From Octopus vulgaris (lineage: Eukaryota), in NCBI GenBank assembly GCA_951406725.2, contig OX597819.1, positions 81,654,001 through 81,718,000 of the forward strand: DNA of 64,000 bases, in the 5' to 3' direction. Both the position numbers and the translations under genes were made by a program. This document shows positions 42,276 to 56,035 of this stretch, in pieces (positions within the stretch are counted from its first letter, which is position 1; each line of letters starts with the position of its first letter). The notes beneath the pieces were generated by a model. It had not been told where the DNA came from and ran no database searches. It was given only the letters and a program-made list of their open reading frames with translations.

Positions 42276-43758
42276 TTATATTTGTACATTAGTCAAATCA
42301 GATAAATCCAGTAATGTTTCATATCAATCTAAAAATGTTTCGATGTTCATTCGTTTTGGCAATAAATTTTTCAGGAAGATGTTCAAAGTGGTTTTATTGT
42401 CCCACAAAAATTTAATAATTCACTAACAAGCTCTTTTTTGTTGTTGTTTTTTTAGTTTTAGTTTTTAGAATTTGTTTACTGATCTTACTGTACCATGTTT
42501 TATATCATTCTAAATTTACTGAATATGCAAAACATTCTAATAATTTATCAGCATCTCAAAAGTGCTTCCCTCATGCTCCAGATGTTCAGCTAAACAAGTG
42601 CACAATTAACTTTAGCCCTTCTGAACTATGCTTCTTGTTTCAAATGTGTGTTAGTGCATGTGCATGCATGTGTGTATTCACAATGTGACAAGGGACATAG
42701 CAAAACCTGGTATTTCAGAATTGAATTAGTTCCCAATTATTTAATTTTCTTCACTCACTTGCCATGGTATGTATAATATGTACAACACTGGACATGAAAT
42801 AATATGAATGAATGTTATAATAAATTTATTCATTGCTAGTTTTGTTATTTATTTATTGTAAATATTTGCAATTTACTATAACCTATTATAAATTCACATA
42901 TTTAGTCATACTTAAAATACCATGCTAACCTCAGTTTCTATTTGCTAACAACTAGAATTAATAAGAGAAGTCGTTAGACAGCACAATCCGGGTTTTAAAT
43001 TTTGGCACAAGGCCAGCAATTTTGGGGTAGGGGTTAATTCGTTTATATCAATCCCACTCCTCAACTGGTACTTATTTTATTGACTCCCAAAAGGATAAAA
43101 AGCAAAGTGGACCTCAGCAGAATCTGAACTCAGAACATAAAGATGGATAAAATGCTGCTTAGCATTTTTCCCAGTATGCTAATAATTCTGCCAGCTCACT
43201 GCCTTCAATTAGTTTAATATTACCAATAGGAAATGAATACAGGGCTGATTAAGTGGATATAGGGGTTCTATACCATTTCCACAAAAAAAAAACAACAAAA
43301 AAAAACAAGTATTTCAGCAGTTCCACAGAGCTCACACAGAATATTGGTCAAGTTTGTTCCATATTCTGTTTACCATAGCAGAAGCAGGACCATCTTTGCA
43401 GTATTATAAGACTTCATGTAGATCATTGCACTGGGCCCTATAGTATTTATTGATTGACAGCAAACTACAACATACATAGGCCAGGGTTGGCCCCTAGACT
43501 CCTGAGGACCCCAGCCATAACCACCTAGTATGTCCTTGCCTTAAAATATCACTGAATAGAAGTATGTTGCTTATTATAGTTCATGAACCTTGCAACGTTT
43601 GTCATTTTGAAAAAGATAACGTGATTTCTCTTTTTCAGCTCTCATTATAAACTTAGCATTTATAGACATCTTTTTTGTACATTTCTATTACAACTACATT
43701 ATTTATGAAAAAGTATGGACTGTCATTTGAATATATGACAGTAATAAAACCACATGTA

Positions 43759-44487
43759 TATATTATTTCAGCTCAACTTGTTCCTGTAATACACAAGTGT
43801 TGCTGCTAACAATCAAATGTTTGAGTGAACAGTTTTAAAAAACTGAAATCTGCTAAGCATTTGCCATTCTGAAATCTAAGCTATAAGGCTAATGAAAAAA
43901 AATGTGTTGTTTAATATATATATGTCATCATCATCATCATCGTCGTTTAACGTCCGTTCTCCATGCTAGCATGGGTTGGACGGTTCGACCGGGGTTCTGG
44001 GAAGCCAGAAGGCTGCACCAGGCTCCAGTCTAAATTTGGCAATGTTTCTACAGCTGGATGCCCTTCCTAACGCCAACCACTCCGTGAGTGTAGTGGGTGC
44101 TTTTTACGTGCCACCTGCAAAAAAAAAAAAAAAAAAAAAAAAAAAAGCACCCACTACACTCACGGAGTGGTTGGCGTTAGGAAGGGCATCCAGCTGTAGA
44201 AACATTGCCAAATTTAGACTGGAGCCTGGTGCAGCCTTCTGGCTTCCCAGAACCCGGTCGAACCGTCCAACCCATGCTAGCATGGAGAACGGACGTTAAA
44301 CGACGATGATGATGATGATGACATATATATATTAAACAACACATTTTTTTTCATTAGCCTTATAGCTTAGATTTCAGAATGGCAAATGCTTAGCAGATTT
44401 CAGTTTTTTAAAACTGTTCACTCAAACATTTGATTGTTAGCAGCAACACTTGTGTATTACAGGAACAAGTTGAGCTGAAATAATATA
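43759..44487. repeat. Near-perfect palindrome: arms 43759-44105 and 44142-44487, 36-bp spacer, A28 run at 44119-44146
   Basis: Arms are reverse complements apart from one homopolymer indel that I could see (gggg vs ccc). They include ~165 bp of non-repeat flank plus a SINE tail. Confidence 0.95.
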
Positions 44488-44597
44488 GATATATAATTAA
44501 TAATGTCGGGGTAATAAAGATTTTAGAAATTTTTACTACCAGTGGCATAGCATGTAGAAAAATTAGTCAATAGACTATATATTATTCATATAAAATA

Positions 44598-44798
44598 CAG
44601 TGTACATTTAAACACATAAGAGGTATCCGTCATAGGAATCCTGGCACGCTAGAAGGAACAGCCAAAGTCCAAACCATTATTAAGAATAAAAGTTCAAAGG
44701 GAAGTTTTATCCCTAATAGTGGTTTGGACTTTGGCTGTTCCTTCTAGCATGCCAGGAATCCTATGACGGATACCTCTTATGTGTTTAAATGTACACTG
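44598..44798. mobile_element. 201-bp hairpin MITE of Tc1 type
   Basis: TA|CAGTGTACATTTAAACACATAAGAGG...CCTCTTATGTGTTTAAATGTACACTG|TA. Almost the whole element is self-complementary. Confidence 0.85.
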
Positions 44799-45614
44799 TA
44801 TTTATATGTGTATGTATGTATGTATGTATGTATGTATGTATGTATGTATGTATGTATTATAGGTGTGTATATATATGTGTGTGTGTGTCTACATATATGA
44901 ATAGATATGTATACATATTACATATATATATATGTATAGATATATACATATATGTGTATGTATATATATATATGTATATGTATACATACATACACACATG
45001 TGTATGTACATACATGTAAACATATGTAAATATATACATATGTGTATTTATATTTGTGTGTGTGTGAGTATATATATGTATACTAAATGATAAAAATATT
45101 ACTGGCAACTTTGAAATGCAAATATCCTTATATATCAGGTATGAGTTTCACAAAATACTAATTCATAATGACAATGAGCAGAAATTACAGGTTTGTGGAA
45201 TAAATGAAACACAATGGTTCAACTCGGAATCAGACCTGTTTCGACGTGCTAAGAATTTACCACCATTCTACGATACATACACATAAACCCATACACACAC
45301 ACAAGAGAGAGAATTTTCATTCATAAGTTGTCCCTGTCTTGACAGTGTATATGTGTATTTATGTATGTATGAATGAAAATGTGTGTGTGTATGTGTGTGT
45401 GTGTGTGTATGTGTGTGTGTGTGTGTATGTGTGTGTGTCTGTGTCTGTGTAAGAGAAATGTATGCATATATTCAAAGCAGGCTCATGAAATGACATAGGA
45501 ATACATATACAACACTCAAGTAACACAGTTAAGTATGAATCCATACTGACATAAAAATTACAGAGGTATGGTCAGAAAGAACGATAGAAAACATTATATA
45601 TATATATATATATA

Positions 45615-45745
45615 CTTTATTATTAAAGCTGCAAAAGCATCACAAAAAATTACTACTCAGAGTTTCACATTCCTGTTTGTCAGGCATGCTGGTATTTGAG
45701 AACTATTTTTTCCCACCTTGTTTCACATTTATGTGCTTACTCTGG
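45615..45745 (-). mobile_element. Cassette in (TA)n with a degenerate hammerhead-like core
   Basis: Minus strand: tgc-CTGACaA-ACA ggaa TGT-GAAAC-tctga-GTA-gta. Confidence 0.5.
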
Positions 45746-45878
45746 TATATATATATATATATATATATATATCACCGTGATCACCGTGACATCAGATGTT
45801 GCTACACATCGCTGGTCACAATGCGTTTCGCATTGTTTTAGCCTTTAAATGACGCCACCCCGCTGGCTAAGCGAGCAG

Positions 45879-45917
<39 letters not shown>

Positions 45918-45925
45918 GCATATTT

Positions 45926-46153
45926 GGAGGCACAATGGCCCATTGGTTAGGGCAGTGGATTCGTGGTTGTAGGATTGTGGTTTCAATTCCCAGACCGGGC
46001 GTTGTAAGTATTTATTGAGTGAAAATACCTAAAGCTCCACGAGGCTCCAGCAGGGGGGGGGGTCATTTGAAGGCTAAAACAATGCAAAGCACATTGTGAC
46101 CAGTGATGTGTAGCAACATCTGATAGCCTGGTCGGTCACAGTGATCACCGTGA
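45926..46153 (+). mobile_element. tRNA-derived SINE family 3, with an inverted copy of its tail at ~45772-45880
   Basis: A-box-like tggcccattggttag and B-box-like ggtttcaattccc. The tail is reverse-complementary to 45772-45880 and to ~48400-48510. Confidence 0.75.
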
Positions 46154-47051
46154 TATACACATATTTTATGCGCAGGCATGACTGCATGGTAAGAAGCTTA
46201 CTTCCCAACCATATGGTTCCATGTTCAGTCCAACTGCAGGACACTTTGGGCAAGTATCTTCTACTATAGCCTAGGGCTGACCAAAGCCTTGTGAGGGAAT
46301 TTGGTAGACGGAAACTGAAAGAGGCCTGTTGTATATATATAAATATATATATGTGTGACAATTATTCAGTAGCCATGATAAAACTCTGAGTTACAGATGT
46401 CGGGGTGGAAATCCACGCGGCCATCTCTTTGAATAATTGTCACATATTACATTTACAGATAAATTCCTCTATTTACATAAAATCGAGGTCTCTTTCATTC
46501 TTTTGTTGTCTTACCATTTCTATCAATATATATATATATATATATATAAATATATATATTATGTGCCTGTGTTTGTCCCCCCATCATCACTTGACAAGCA
46601 ATGCTGGTGTGTTTAAGTCCCATAACTTAGTAGTTTGGCAAAACAGACCAATAGAATAAGTATTATGCTTACAAAGAATAAGTCCTGGGGTCAATTTCTT
46701 CAACTAAAACCCTTTAAGGCAGTGCTCCAGCATGGCCACAGTCAAATGACTGAAACAAGTAAAAGAATAAAATAATACATAGATATATCTTTTGTTTTAC
46801 ATCTTTTACTAGTTTGAGTTAGTTATTATACAGTGGCCATGCTGGAACACCTCTTTAAAGAATTTTTAGTTAAATGACTCAACCCCAGTACTTATTTTTT
46901 AAAGCTTGGTACTTGTTCTATTGCTCACTTTTGTTGAACTGCTAAGTTATGGGGATGTAAACACACCAACACCAGTTGTCAGGTGGTGGTGATGATAGTA
47001 GTGATGGTTGTGGTGGTGGACAAATACAGACACATACACATAGATATGTAC

Positions 47052-47087
<36 letters not shown>

Positions 47088-49824
47088 GTCCAACCCATGC
47101 TAGCATGGAAAGCGGACGTTAAATGAAGATGATGATGATGATGATGATATATATATATATATATATGCATACACACACACACATATATATGTATACATGC
47201 ATACACGACAGGCTTCTTTCAGTTTCCAACTACCAAGTCCACTCACAAGGCTTTGGTCAGCCCAAGGGCTATAGTAAAAGACACTTGCCCAAGGTGCCAC
47301 ATAGTAGGACTGAATTTGGCACCATATGATTGGGAAGCAAAACTTCTTACCACCCAGCAGATAAGTAGTATATTCTTTTCTACTCTAGGCACAAGGCCAA
47401 AAATTTTTTGTGGGAGGGGGCCAGTCAATTAGATAAACCCCAGTATGCAGCTAGTACTTAATTTATCAACTCTGAAAGGCAAAGTCAACTTCGGTGGAAT
47501 TTGAACTCAGAACATAAAAACAGACAAAATACCGCTAAGCATTTCACCTGGTATTCTAACGTTTCTGCCAGCTCGCCACCTTAGCAGACAAGCAGTATAT
47601 TACTGGTAAATATTCTGTTCAACAATACAAAATTATAATTGCTTTATTTCTTATATTCAGTACTTTTTCTTCTCACTTACGGACCACTATCTGATAATGA
47701 ATGAGTGAGCGTGCGTGCATGCGTACCTCTACTAATGTCAGTAATTGGTTCCAAGTCATATAACTTAATGTGCAAAAAATGGTTTGTAGCTATTTTCATT
47801 TATTTGATTTGATTTTCCATTCCAATAATGGGTTTTGGGGGGTGTTTTTCTTGATTTTTATGTTCTAAAACTGTTTGATGAGACCAACATGATGTCGGAT
47901 AAATCAACTAAAGTTGAGGATTATTTTTTCCATCAATTTCTTTAAAAACAAAAACCATTTATCAAAAAGGTGTAAGTGCAGAGGGGTCTGTATGATAAAA
48001 AGTTTGCTTCCCAACTACATGGTTCCAGGTTCGGTCTACTGCATGGGACTGAACCCTTGACATCTTGGAGAACTGTTTTCTGCTGGTTAACCAAAGCCTT
48101 GCGAGTGTATTTGGTAGATGGAGACTGAAAGAAGCTTGTTGTTTGTGTGTGTGTGTGTGTTTGTCCCCCACCGCCACTTAACCAGTGTCAGTGCGTTTAC
48201 ATCCCCATAACTTAACAGTTCAGCAAAAGAGAACTGATAGAGTAAGTACTGATCTAAAAAAAAAAGTACTGGGTTGATTCATTCAACTAAAAATTTTTCA
48301 AGGTGGTGCTCCAGCATGGCCACAGTCTAATGACTGAAAAAAGTAAATGGTAAAAAGATGATACAAAATGACGCCAGTCAAAGCATGTTTGTATGTATTG
48401 CGTGATCAACCAGACTATCAGAATTTGTTATATATCACTGGTCACAATGCACTTTGTATCGTTTTAGCTTCCAAATGATGCTGTTACCTCGATGGCCAGG
48501 CAAACAGGCCAGTGTGTGTGTGTGTGTGTGTGTGTCTTCTCTGTCTGTCTCTCTCTCTCTCTTTCTCTCTCTTCCATAGCTGAGATAGTATGAAGGTGAG
48601 TGAACGAGAGAAATTGCTGCTGATGACTAAACTGTTAACAAATACTATACAAACAGCCCTCCCAACTGCAGCATAGCAGAATGAGCAGAGCAAGCAACTG
48701 AAAGGTTTAGGCTAATTTCAGTGAATGCACAAAGGGAGACAACATCTACTTGACTATTCGCCATCTCATCAGTAGTCGGTTCACGTTTGTTCCTGAATTG
48801 ATACACATACTCAGATAAATTGAGACAGTTATTGCCTGTCTCATGGGAGAAATGGTCTCAAATGACTGCTACCGGCCGTTCATTAGTTTATCATTTAAGG
48901 GTGACGAATGGTTAGATCGTTGTCCACAGACACAAACAAAAAATGGGAAAAACATTACTCAAATGCACATACACAAATATATATTAATGCATATATATAT
49001 ACACACACACATATATGTATGTTTGTGTTTGCATATGTGTATATATGTGTGTGTGTGTGTATTTATATGTATCTATATACATGTGTGTGTATGTATATAT
49101 ATGTGTGTATTTATATGTATGTATGTGCTAGCGCGGAAAACGGACGTTAAACGATGATGATGATGATGATGATGATATATGTGTGTGTGTATTTATATGT
49201 ATGTATATATATATGTGTATGTGTGTGTGTGTATTTACATGTATGTATATATGTGTGTGCGTGTGTTTATATCTGTGTGTGTGCATGTATTTATGTGTGT
49301 GTGTGTATGTGTCTGTCTGTCTGTCTGTGTGTATATACATAAATCTATACATACATTTATGTATGTATATATATATATACTGTATATATGTATATGTAAT
49401 ATCTACACACACACACCTGTATATAACTTACGAGGAAATTAGCTGAATTGAAATGAGTAAGAAGTGCCACATTGCACCACCTCCTGCATACAAAGCAGAA
49501 TATGTATAAAACTAGCTTACAGCTATATATAGGCAGCAATAGATTTCTTTATGTGTGATGTCCACCAACAAAATGAAATAAATATAAATGTGGATAAATA
49601 GATAAATGTACAGTGAGAGTTGCAGCACAAATAGTGTTCTGCTTCTGTGTGCATGAATTGTATATAGCTGAGAGAGGGAGAGTGTGTGTGTGTGTGTACT
49701 GTGCATGCAACAAAGTGTGTGTTGATGCATTCATGCAAATGTGTATCTAAAAATGCATGTTTGCAGTGATTCATAAATGATGCCTTTTCATTTATAAATG
49801 ACTATATATATATATGTGTGTGTA

Positions 49825-49876
<52 letters not shown>

Positions 49877-49953
49877 CACACACACACACATACATATATA
49901 TGTGGTGCACCTGAGCACTGTATACAATAATTTCATTATTATTTATTTTTATA

Positions 49954-51128
49954 TTGGGTCATCCCATAGATAATGTGGGGTTTTTTTATACTTCCTTTAT
50001 ATTTTTCAAAATTAAGCTAAAATATACTCTCCTTCATTTTCTACAATGCTCTTCCATCTATCTGGTAGACTTGCAAAGCCCCTCTTCCAAAATTCACTTG
50101 TCCTTGTCAAAAAATACTCTCCCAGTACTGTTCTGACCTCATCTACAGAATTCATATTTTTTCCATCAAAATGATTTTGAAGACTGCAGAATAAATAATA
50201 ATTAGATGCAGCAATGTCCAGCGAATATGGTGGGTGGGGCATTGTTTCCATTCAAACTGCTCCAGCCTTTGGAATGTCATCCTCACTGTATGTGGCCGAG
50301 CACTATCCTGATGGGAAACACGTTTTGTATTGAAACCAAAGACGGTCATTTTTCTTCCAGCGCTGACTTGAGCTGCTCAATCTGCTCAATCTGTTCACTG
50401 TAGATCTCCTTTGTTATCATTTGGGTTGGATTTAAAAGTTCAAAGTAGACTAAACCTTTCATATCCCACCAAACAGATAACAACACCTTACATAGGTGAA
50501 GACCTCCGTTAGCTTGGGGTCTTGGTGTTTCTCTTTTCCCTACCCACTGTCTTCAGCACTTGACATTTTTATAGAGAACTCATTTCTTGTCACCAGTCAC
50601 TATTCAGTCCAATAAATTTTCATTCATGAGACGTGACAGCAAAGAAGAACACATATTCACTCTCTCTCTCTCTCTGTAATAAGACTCGGAAAGTTTGTGA
50701 GGAACCCATTGACCCAATTTGCTGACTTCCCTGATGGCATGCAGGTGTCGATGAAGGGTTGAATGACCAAATACAGCTTTCTTTGCTAGTTCCTCAACAG
50801 TTACACTGGGATTTTGTTCCACCAGAGTTTGCAGGACATCCTCATTGAGCTCTACCGATCTTCCAGGATGAGGCTCATCTTCTAGGCTGCAGTCTCTGGT
50901 TCAGAATTTCTGGAACCACCATTGACACTGGCTTACACTTATTGTCTGATCCACATATACTGAATTAATATTCCTCACACTTACCATTGTGTTGTTGCCT
51001 TTATTAAACTCATAAAGCAAAATATACCAAATATGCTCCTTTGTCACTTCCATTATAGCTTTGAAAAAATAAATGTTAAAATCGAACTGCACTCTTCAAA
51101 ACTTGCACTAAGAATAAGTTGGGATGAC

Positions 51129-51132
<4 letters not shown>
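49954..51132 (-). mobile_element. Near full-length decayed mariner (DD34D) transposon
   Basis: TIRs TA|TTGGGTCATCCCA ... TGGGATGACCCAA|TA. Minus-strand fragments with HTH, WVPHKL, IVTGDKK, HQDSARPH, PHPPYSLDIAASNYYLF and RWKSIVENEGEY, with multiple frameshifts. Confidence 0.92.
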
Positions 51133-51187
<55 letters not shown>

Positions 51188-54100
51188 GTCATCATCAACA
51201 TTTAACATTCGTTTTCCATGCTGGCATGAGCTGAATGGCTTGACAAGAACTGGCAAAGGCGACCTATACTAGGTTCCATACTCCATTTCAGTTTCTAAGA
51301 CTGGATGCCCTTCCTAATACCAACCACTGCACAGTGTGTACTAAGTGCTTTTCACATGCACCATCACTAGTGATTTTTAAGTGGCACCAGTACTCTTTAC
51401 ATGGCAGCAGCATCTTCACCAATGTTTATGTTCCTAACACTAGCTGAATGATAACTAAGTTATTTTACTAAATTCTTTGTTATAGTTAAGGCAACTGAAA
51501 GAAAAACAGAACATCTCAAAATAAATATAGTAACAAAAGGGTCAAAAGATTTTTTCAACACTCTTAGCCATTTACTTTATCATTTAGAACTGTTCATTTC
51601 CATGATACATCTCACAGATGCTCTGGGATGCATCATCATTGATGTTTCTGGGGTCTCAGGAGGTTTTGGGCTTTCACTAAAAGATTCCTCCTGCACCCAG
51701 TTGACCCTGCCAGGGTTGATCAAGTTCCAGCCTTCTCAAATACTACCTCCTTACTTATTCAAGAGGTCTTTTTTTCTTTCTTCCTGTTCTTTTCTGGCCT
51801 TACTTGGTAACCTTACTAGTATTGTTGGTATGAAAAAATGTGCCCAGTACACACTACAAAGTGGTTGGCACTTGGAAGGGCTTCTAGCCATAGAATTCAT
51901 GCCAAAGCTAACATTGGAGTTGGACAAAGCCTGCAGCTTTCTGGGCGCTGTTAAGCCATCCAGCCCATGCCAACATGAAAAATGAGGGCTAAATTATATT
52001 TGAGATGCTTAAAGCCATTTTTCTGCTGATTTAAACTTTAAATATTATAATTATTATAAAACATTTTTGCTTTAACTATGTTTGTGTGTGATTGCGAAAA
52101 GTTTTGAAAGTGATGCTATTTAGTTTAGGTTTGTAGATGAAATTAAACTAAACATAAAATCTTTAATGTACAACTTAAAACACTAGCTGTGACAAAATTA
52201 GTTGAAAAAACGATATACCATTAGAATGTGTTATGTTAATATTGACAAGAGATACAAATTAAAGGGATATGCAGGAGAGTTGGTAATTTGTAGACTGACT
52301 GAAAATGATGTAATTGTTACAAATCTTAGAATATAAAGCCTGAGAGGAAGATACAGAACAAAAATAACTAGAGATGTTGTTAAGCAGTGAGTTCTTCAGA
52401 TATTTTGTGTGTCCTTCAGTAAAAAAAAATTTGTTTTTTCCTACTCATCAAGAACCTTTCCTAGTTCTTATTTCTTTATTGCCCACAAGAGGCTAAACGT
52501 AAAGAGGACAAACAAGGACAGACAAAGAGTTGATGACATCAACCCCAGTGCGTAACTGGTAATTAATTTATCGACCCCAAAAGGATGAAAGGCAAATTCG
52601 ACCTTGGCGAAATTTGAACTCAGAACGTAGCGGCAGACGAAATACCGCTAAGCATTTTGCCCGGCATGCTAATGTTTCTGCCAGCTCGCTGCCTTTCCTA
52701 GTTCTAAGAAGTAATGTTTTACTTAGAAAGATATTTTTGTCTTCTTAGATGAGAAAAATCTATAAACTTATAAATTTAATTGTGCATAGCAAAATCATTT
52801 ATTCATTTCCACAGAAGCTATTGTACCAAATGAGTAAGCACAGTATGGCTAGATGGTTAAGAATATTGCTTTGCAATCACAAGGTTCTACTTTCAAATCC
52901 TACACATGGTATCTTGGACAGATGCCATTTTCTATAGATGCCTTATAAACCATAGCTTGCAAGTGAAATTAGGTAGGTGGAAATTATATAGAAGCTCTTT
53001 GAATGGATTGTACCAGTAGTACAAAGGTCCAGCCTTGTCAACTTTGTCATAGTGACTGAAATTTACTTAAGGATACACGTGTCTGAGACATACTCAGTCA
53101 CTTGCAATGCTAATTCAATTAATCAGCTAGTTTAGTTGATGAAACAACCAAACACTCATGGCTGGAAATTCTGACCAAGATCCATATTATTTTTATTGTA
53201 CTAATTGTATTTTATGTGAAATATCACAAAATTATCAATGTATATAACTACCCAAATAAATATCTGTATTTTCAACAGATCTATATTTTCAATTTTTAAA
53301 ATATTCAGTTCTTTTATTAATTTTATATTCATTAGATGCATATAAAACCATAAGATTCCCAGCATAATTTTTCCCAATAAATTTAAATTTAATTCCTAAT
53401 TCAAATAATAATATTTTAACAATAATTATCTAAATTTTCTTTCTTGATAACCTGATGAGGAATACTTTTTTAACTTCATTAGAAGAATTTTCCAATAAAA
53501 CAGATTTTATGTAGTATTTAGATTTAATATAAAACAGTCCTCTGCCATTACATTTTAGTTGTTTGGCGCATCTTAAAATTATAATGATGATGATCTATCC
53601 AAATATATATATCTAACTTTTATAAATCTCTAATTTTTTAAATATTCAGGGGATGGGGGGTGGGGAGTTAATTCAGATTATGTATTTATTAAATGCATAC
53701 ACAGCCTTATGAATCACATCAGAATGGTCCAAGCAAAGCAAAACCTATTTCTCTCATGAAATCTTTCTCTTGTTCTAACAATTTCTTCTTAAGGAAATCT
53801 TTTATTTCATTTCTGGAATCAGCCTTGAATGCTAATTTACTCAGCTTTAATGAAATATTTTTGACATTTCTAAGAAAATAGGATGGATATTCTGTTTTTA
53901 ATATCATGTTTTACTTCATATGAATTGAATAAAGATACAGTTCGTTTAGTTTCTATGAATAAGTATGGTCTTTTGTTTTGAAAAATGAAGAAAATGAAAT
54001 AAGATTATTTGCCAATATTTTACAGGAAAAATAATAATAATACTAATGATAATAATTTTAAAGAGCATACCTTCTCAAATGAGTTCTTCTAATGAAAATA

Positions 54101-54477
54101 TATGAAATATCTATTTAGCTATTTAGCTATTCCTCAATGAAATGCAAATGTTGTATTCATATCTACAGTTTCCAAGAATTAAACTGTCAATTGAAAGGAT
54201 TCCATTATAGACTATTGCAATTCTTAGAATATTCATTTCTTTCATAAAATTCTGTTCTCTAACAGCTTCCTTTTTCTTGATTAGTTTAATTAATTCTTCA
54301 GCTTTTTATTGAGGATTTTTAAAAATGAAAAGGTACCCCAAAAAATTAGTTTACAAATTAATTACTTGAGTTTTTTATGTTTTTAAATAATAAATTAATA
54401 GAAACCTGGTCAAGCTTCCAATATTCTTTCTTATTGAAGTTGTTACTGTTGTTGCATAACCTAATCAGTTTTGCATG

Positions 54478-54515
<38 letters not shown>

Positions 54516-55331
54516 TGGAAGGACAGACCCAATAGAATATTTTGAAGGTAGTTCAGAGACCTTTAATGTTTTCCTAAATCAGACATAGAAAACCTTTTAT
54601 GATTAACATGCTGTGTGAGACACAGCTCATCAAGAATGCCCCACTACAAAAAAAAAAAAAATTCATGGAAATTTTTCATTAGGCATGCCATTCAGAAAGT
54701 CCTGCATGTCACAGGTAACCCATGAATGTCAAAGACCATAGTATTTATTCTGATATGCAATATTTGGTTACATGGATTCACTGAGTCTACATTACCTGTC
54801 TGCTAGACATTGCAGAAATTTCCAATAAGGAATACATTCGAAATGAAAGAAACTCCATTAGAACTCTGTAAAAGATTTAAAATGACAAACCCCAACAATG
54901 TAAAAAAATATGTCGTTAAATACTGAATCACCCAAAAAGAGTGTCTTAAAAATGCACGACCCTTTTGTTGCCATAATTGCTGATATACCCAATTGCTATT
55001 TCAATTAATTTTGAAAATAACGAGGAGATCTTAACAAAATAACTTTGTCACTATTAAGTTGGTGTTTGGAACATAAAATTGACATGCAATTTTAAGAGGT
55101 TTTAATTTCACTTTAAACAGGAAGTTTTATATCGTAGAACCAGGGGTGGTCTCAGGCAGGTTGGTATTAAAAAGGTATTTAGTTTGAGTGGAGAAAAAAC
55201 TTCTGTGCATTTCATAAGGAATTATTTTAATTAGGATTGCATGTGAGAGGAAGAAAAACAGATGTATTATGAAACTACTTTGGAGAGAAAACAGAAAGAT
55301 TTTTCCTCAGCAACTTCATTCTACAACATAT

Positions 55332-55731
55332 AATCTTTTCTCCTCTAGGCACGAGGCCCGAAATTTTGGGGGAGAGAGGGAGGCCAGTCAATTAGATCAA
55401 CCCTGTTCACAACTGGTACTTAATTTATTGGCCCTGAAAGGATGAAAGGGAAAGTCAACCTTGGAGGAATTTGAACTCAGAACATAAAGACAGACGAAAT
55501 ACCTATTTCTTTACTACCCACAAGGGGCTAAACACAGAGGGGACAAACAAGGACAGACAAACGGATTAAGCCAATTACATTGACCCTAGTGCATAACTGG
55601 TACTTTATTGGCCCTGAAAGGATGAAACGCAAAGTCAACTTCTGAAGAATTTGAACTCAGAACATAAAGACAGACGAAATACTGCTAATCATTTTCCCCA
55701 GCATGCTAACGTTTCTGCCAGCTTGCTGCCT
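55332..55731 (-). mobile_element. Dimeric family-2 SINE (other copies ~42995-43205, 47372-47582, 52465-52693, 61340-61520, 63848-64000)
   Basis: Internal repeat ggccctgaaaggatgaaa...gaatttgaactcagaacataaagacagacgaaatac occurs twice. Confidence 0.85.
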
Positions 55732-55869
55732 TATATATTTATATTAACATAGAAACAACAAAATGCAAAGTCGGTTTGAATGGAATTTGAACTTAACATA
55801 ACTAAATGTCATAGGATAGTGTCTCCTGCTATGGTGGAAATAATTTTGTAAATTACATACATATATACA

Positions 55870-56035
55870 TATTGAGTTGTCAGATAAATTCGTTCATTTT
55901 CCATTTATTTTTATCCATATATTTCATCAACAATTTTACCAAATTAGTCAAGTAATACATTCTCCTTTATTGTTCACTTCTTGCCAATGTTCCACCAGAT
56001 TATCAGTGTCTTTGACGGTATAAACCATTGGGTCT
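55870..56035 (-). mobile_element. Mariner 3' end fragment
   Basis: Minus strand DNLVEHWQEVNNKGECI resembles mariner C-termini; TIR-like tattgagttgtc next to a TA tract. Confidence 0.6.

Noticed and set aside
43976-44299. 107-aa ORF with a poly-Lys tract
   Set aside because: Reads through the palindrome centre: SINE sequence plus the A run.
53693-53907. Protein-like ORF on the minus strand (LSKLAFKADSRNEIKDFLKKKLLEQEK)
   Set aside because: Short and AT-rich, with no recognisable family or splice support.
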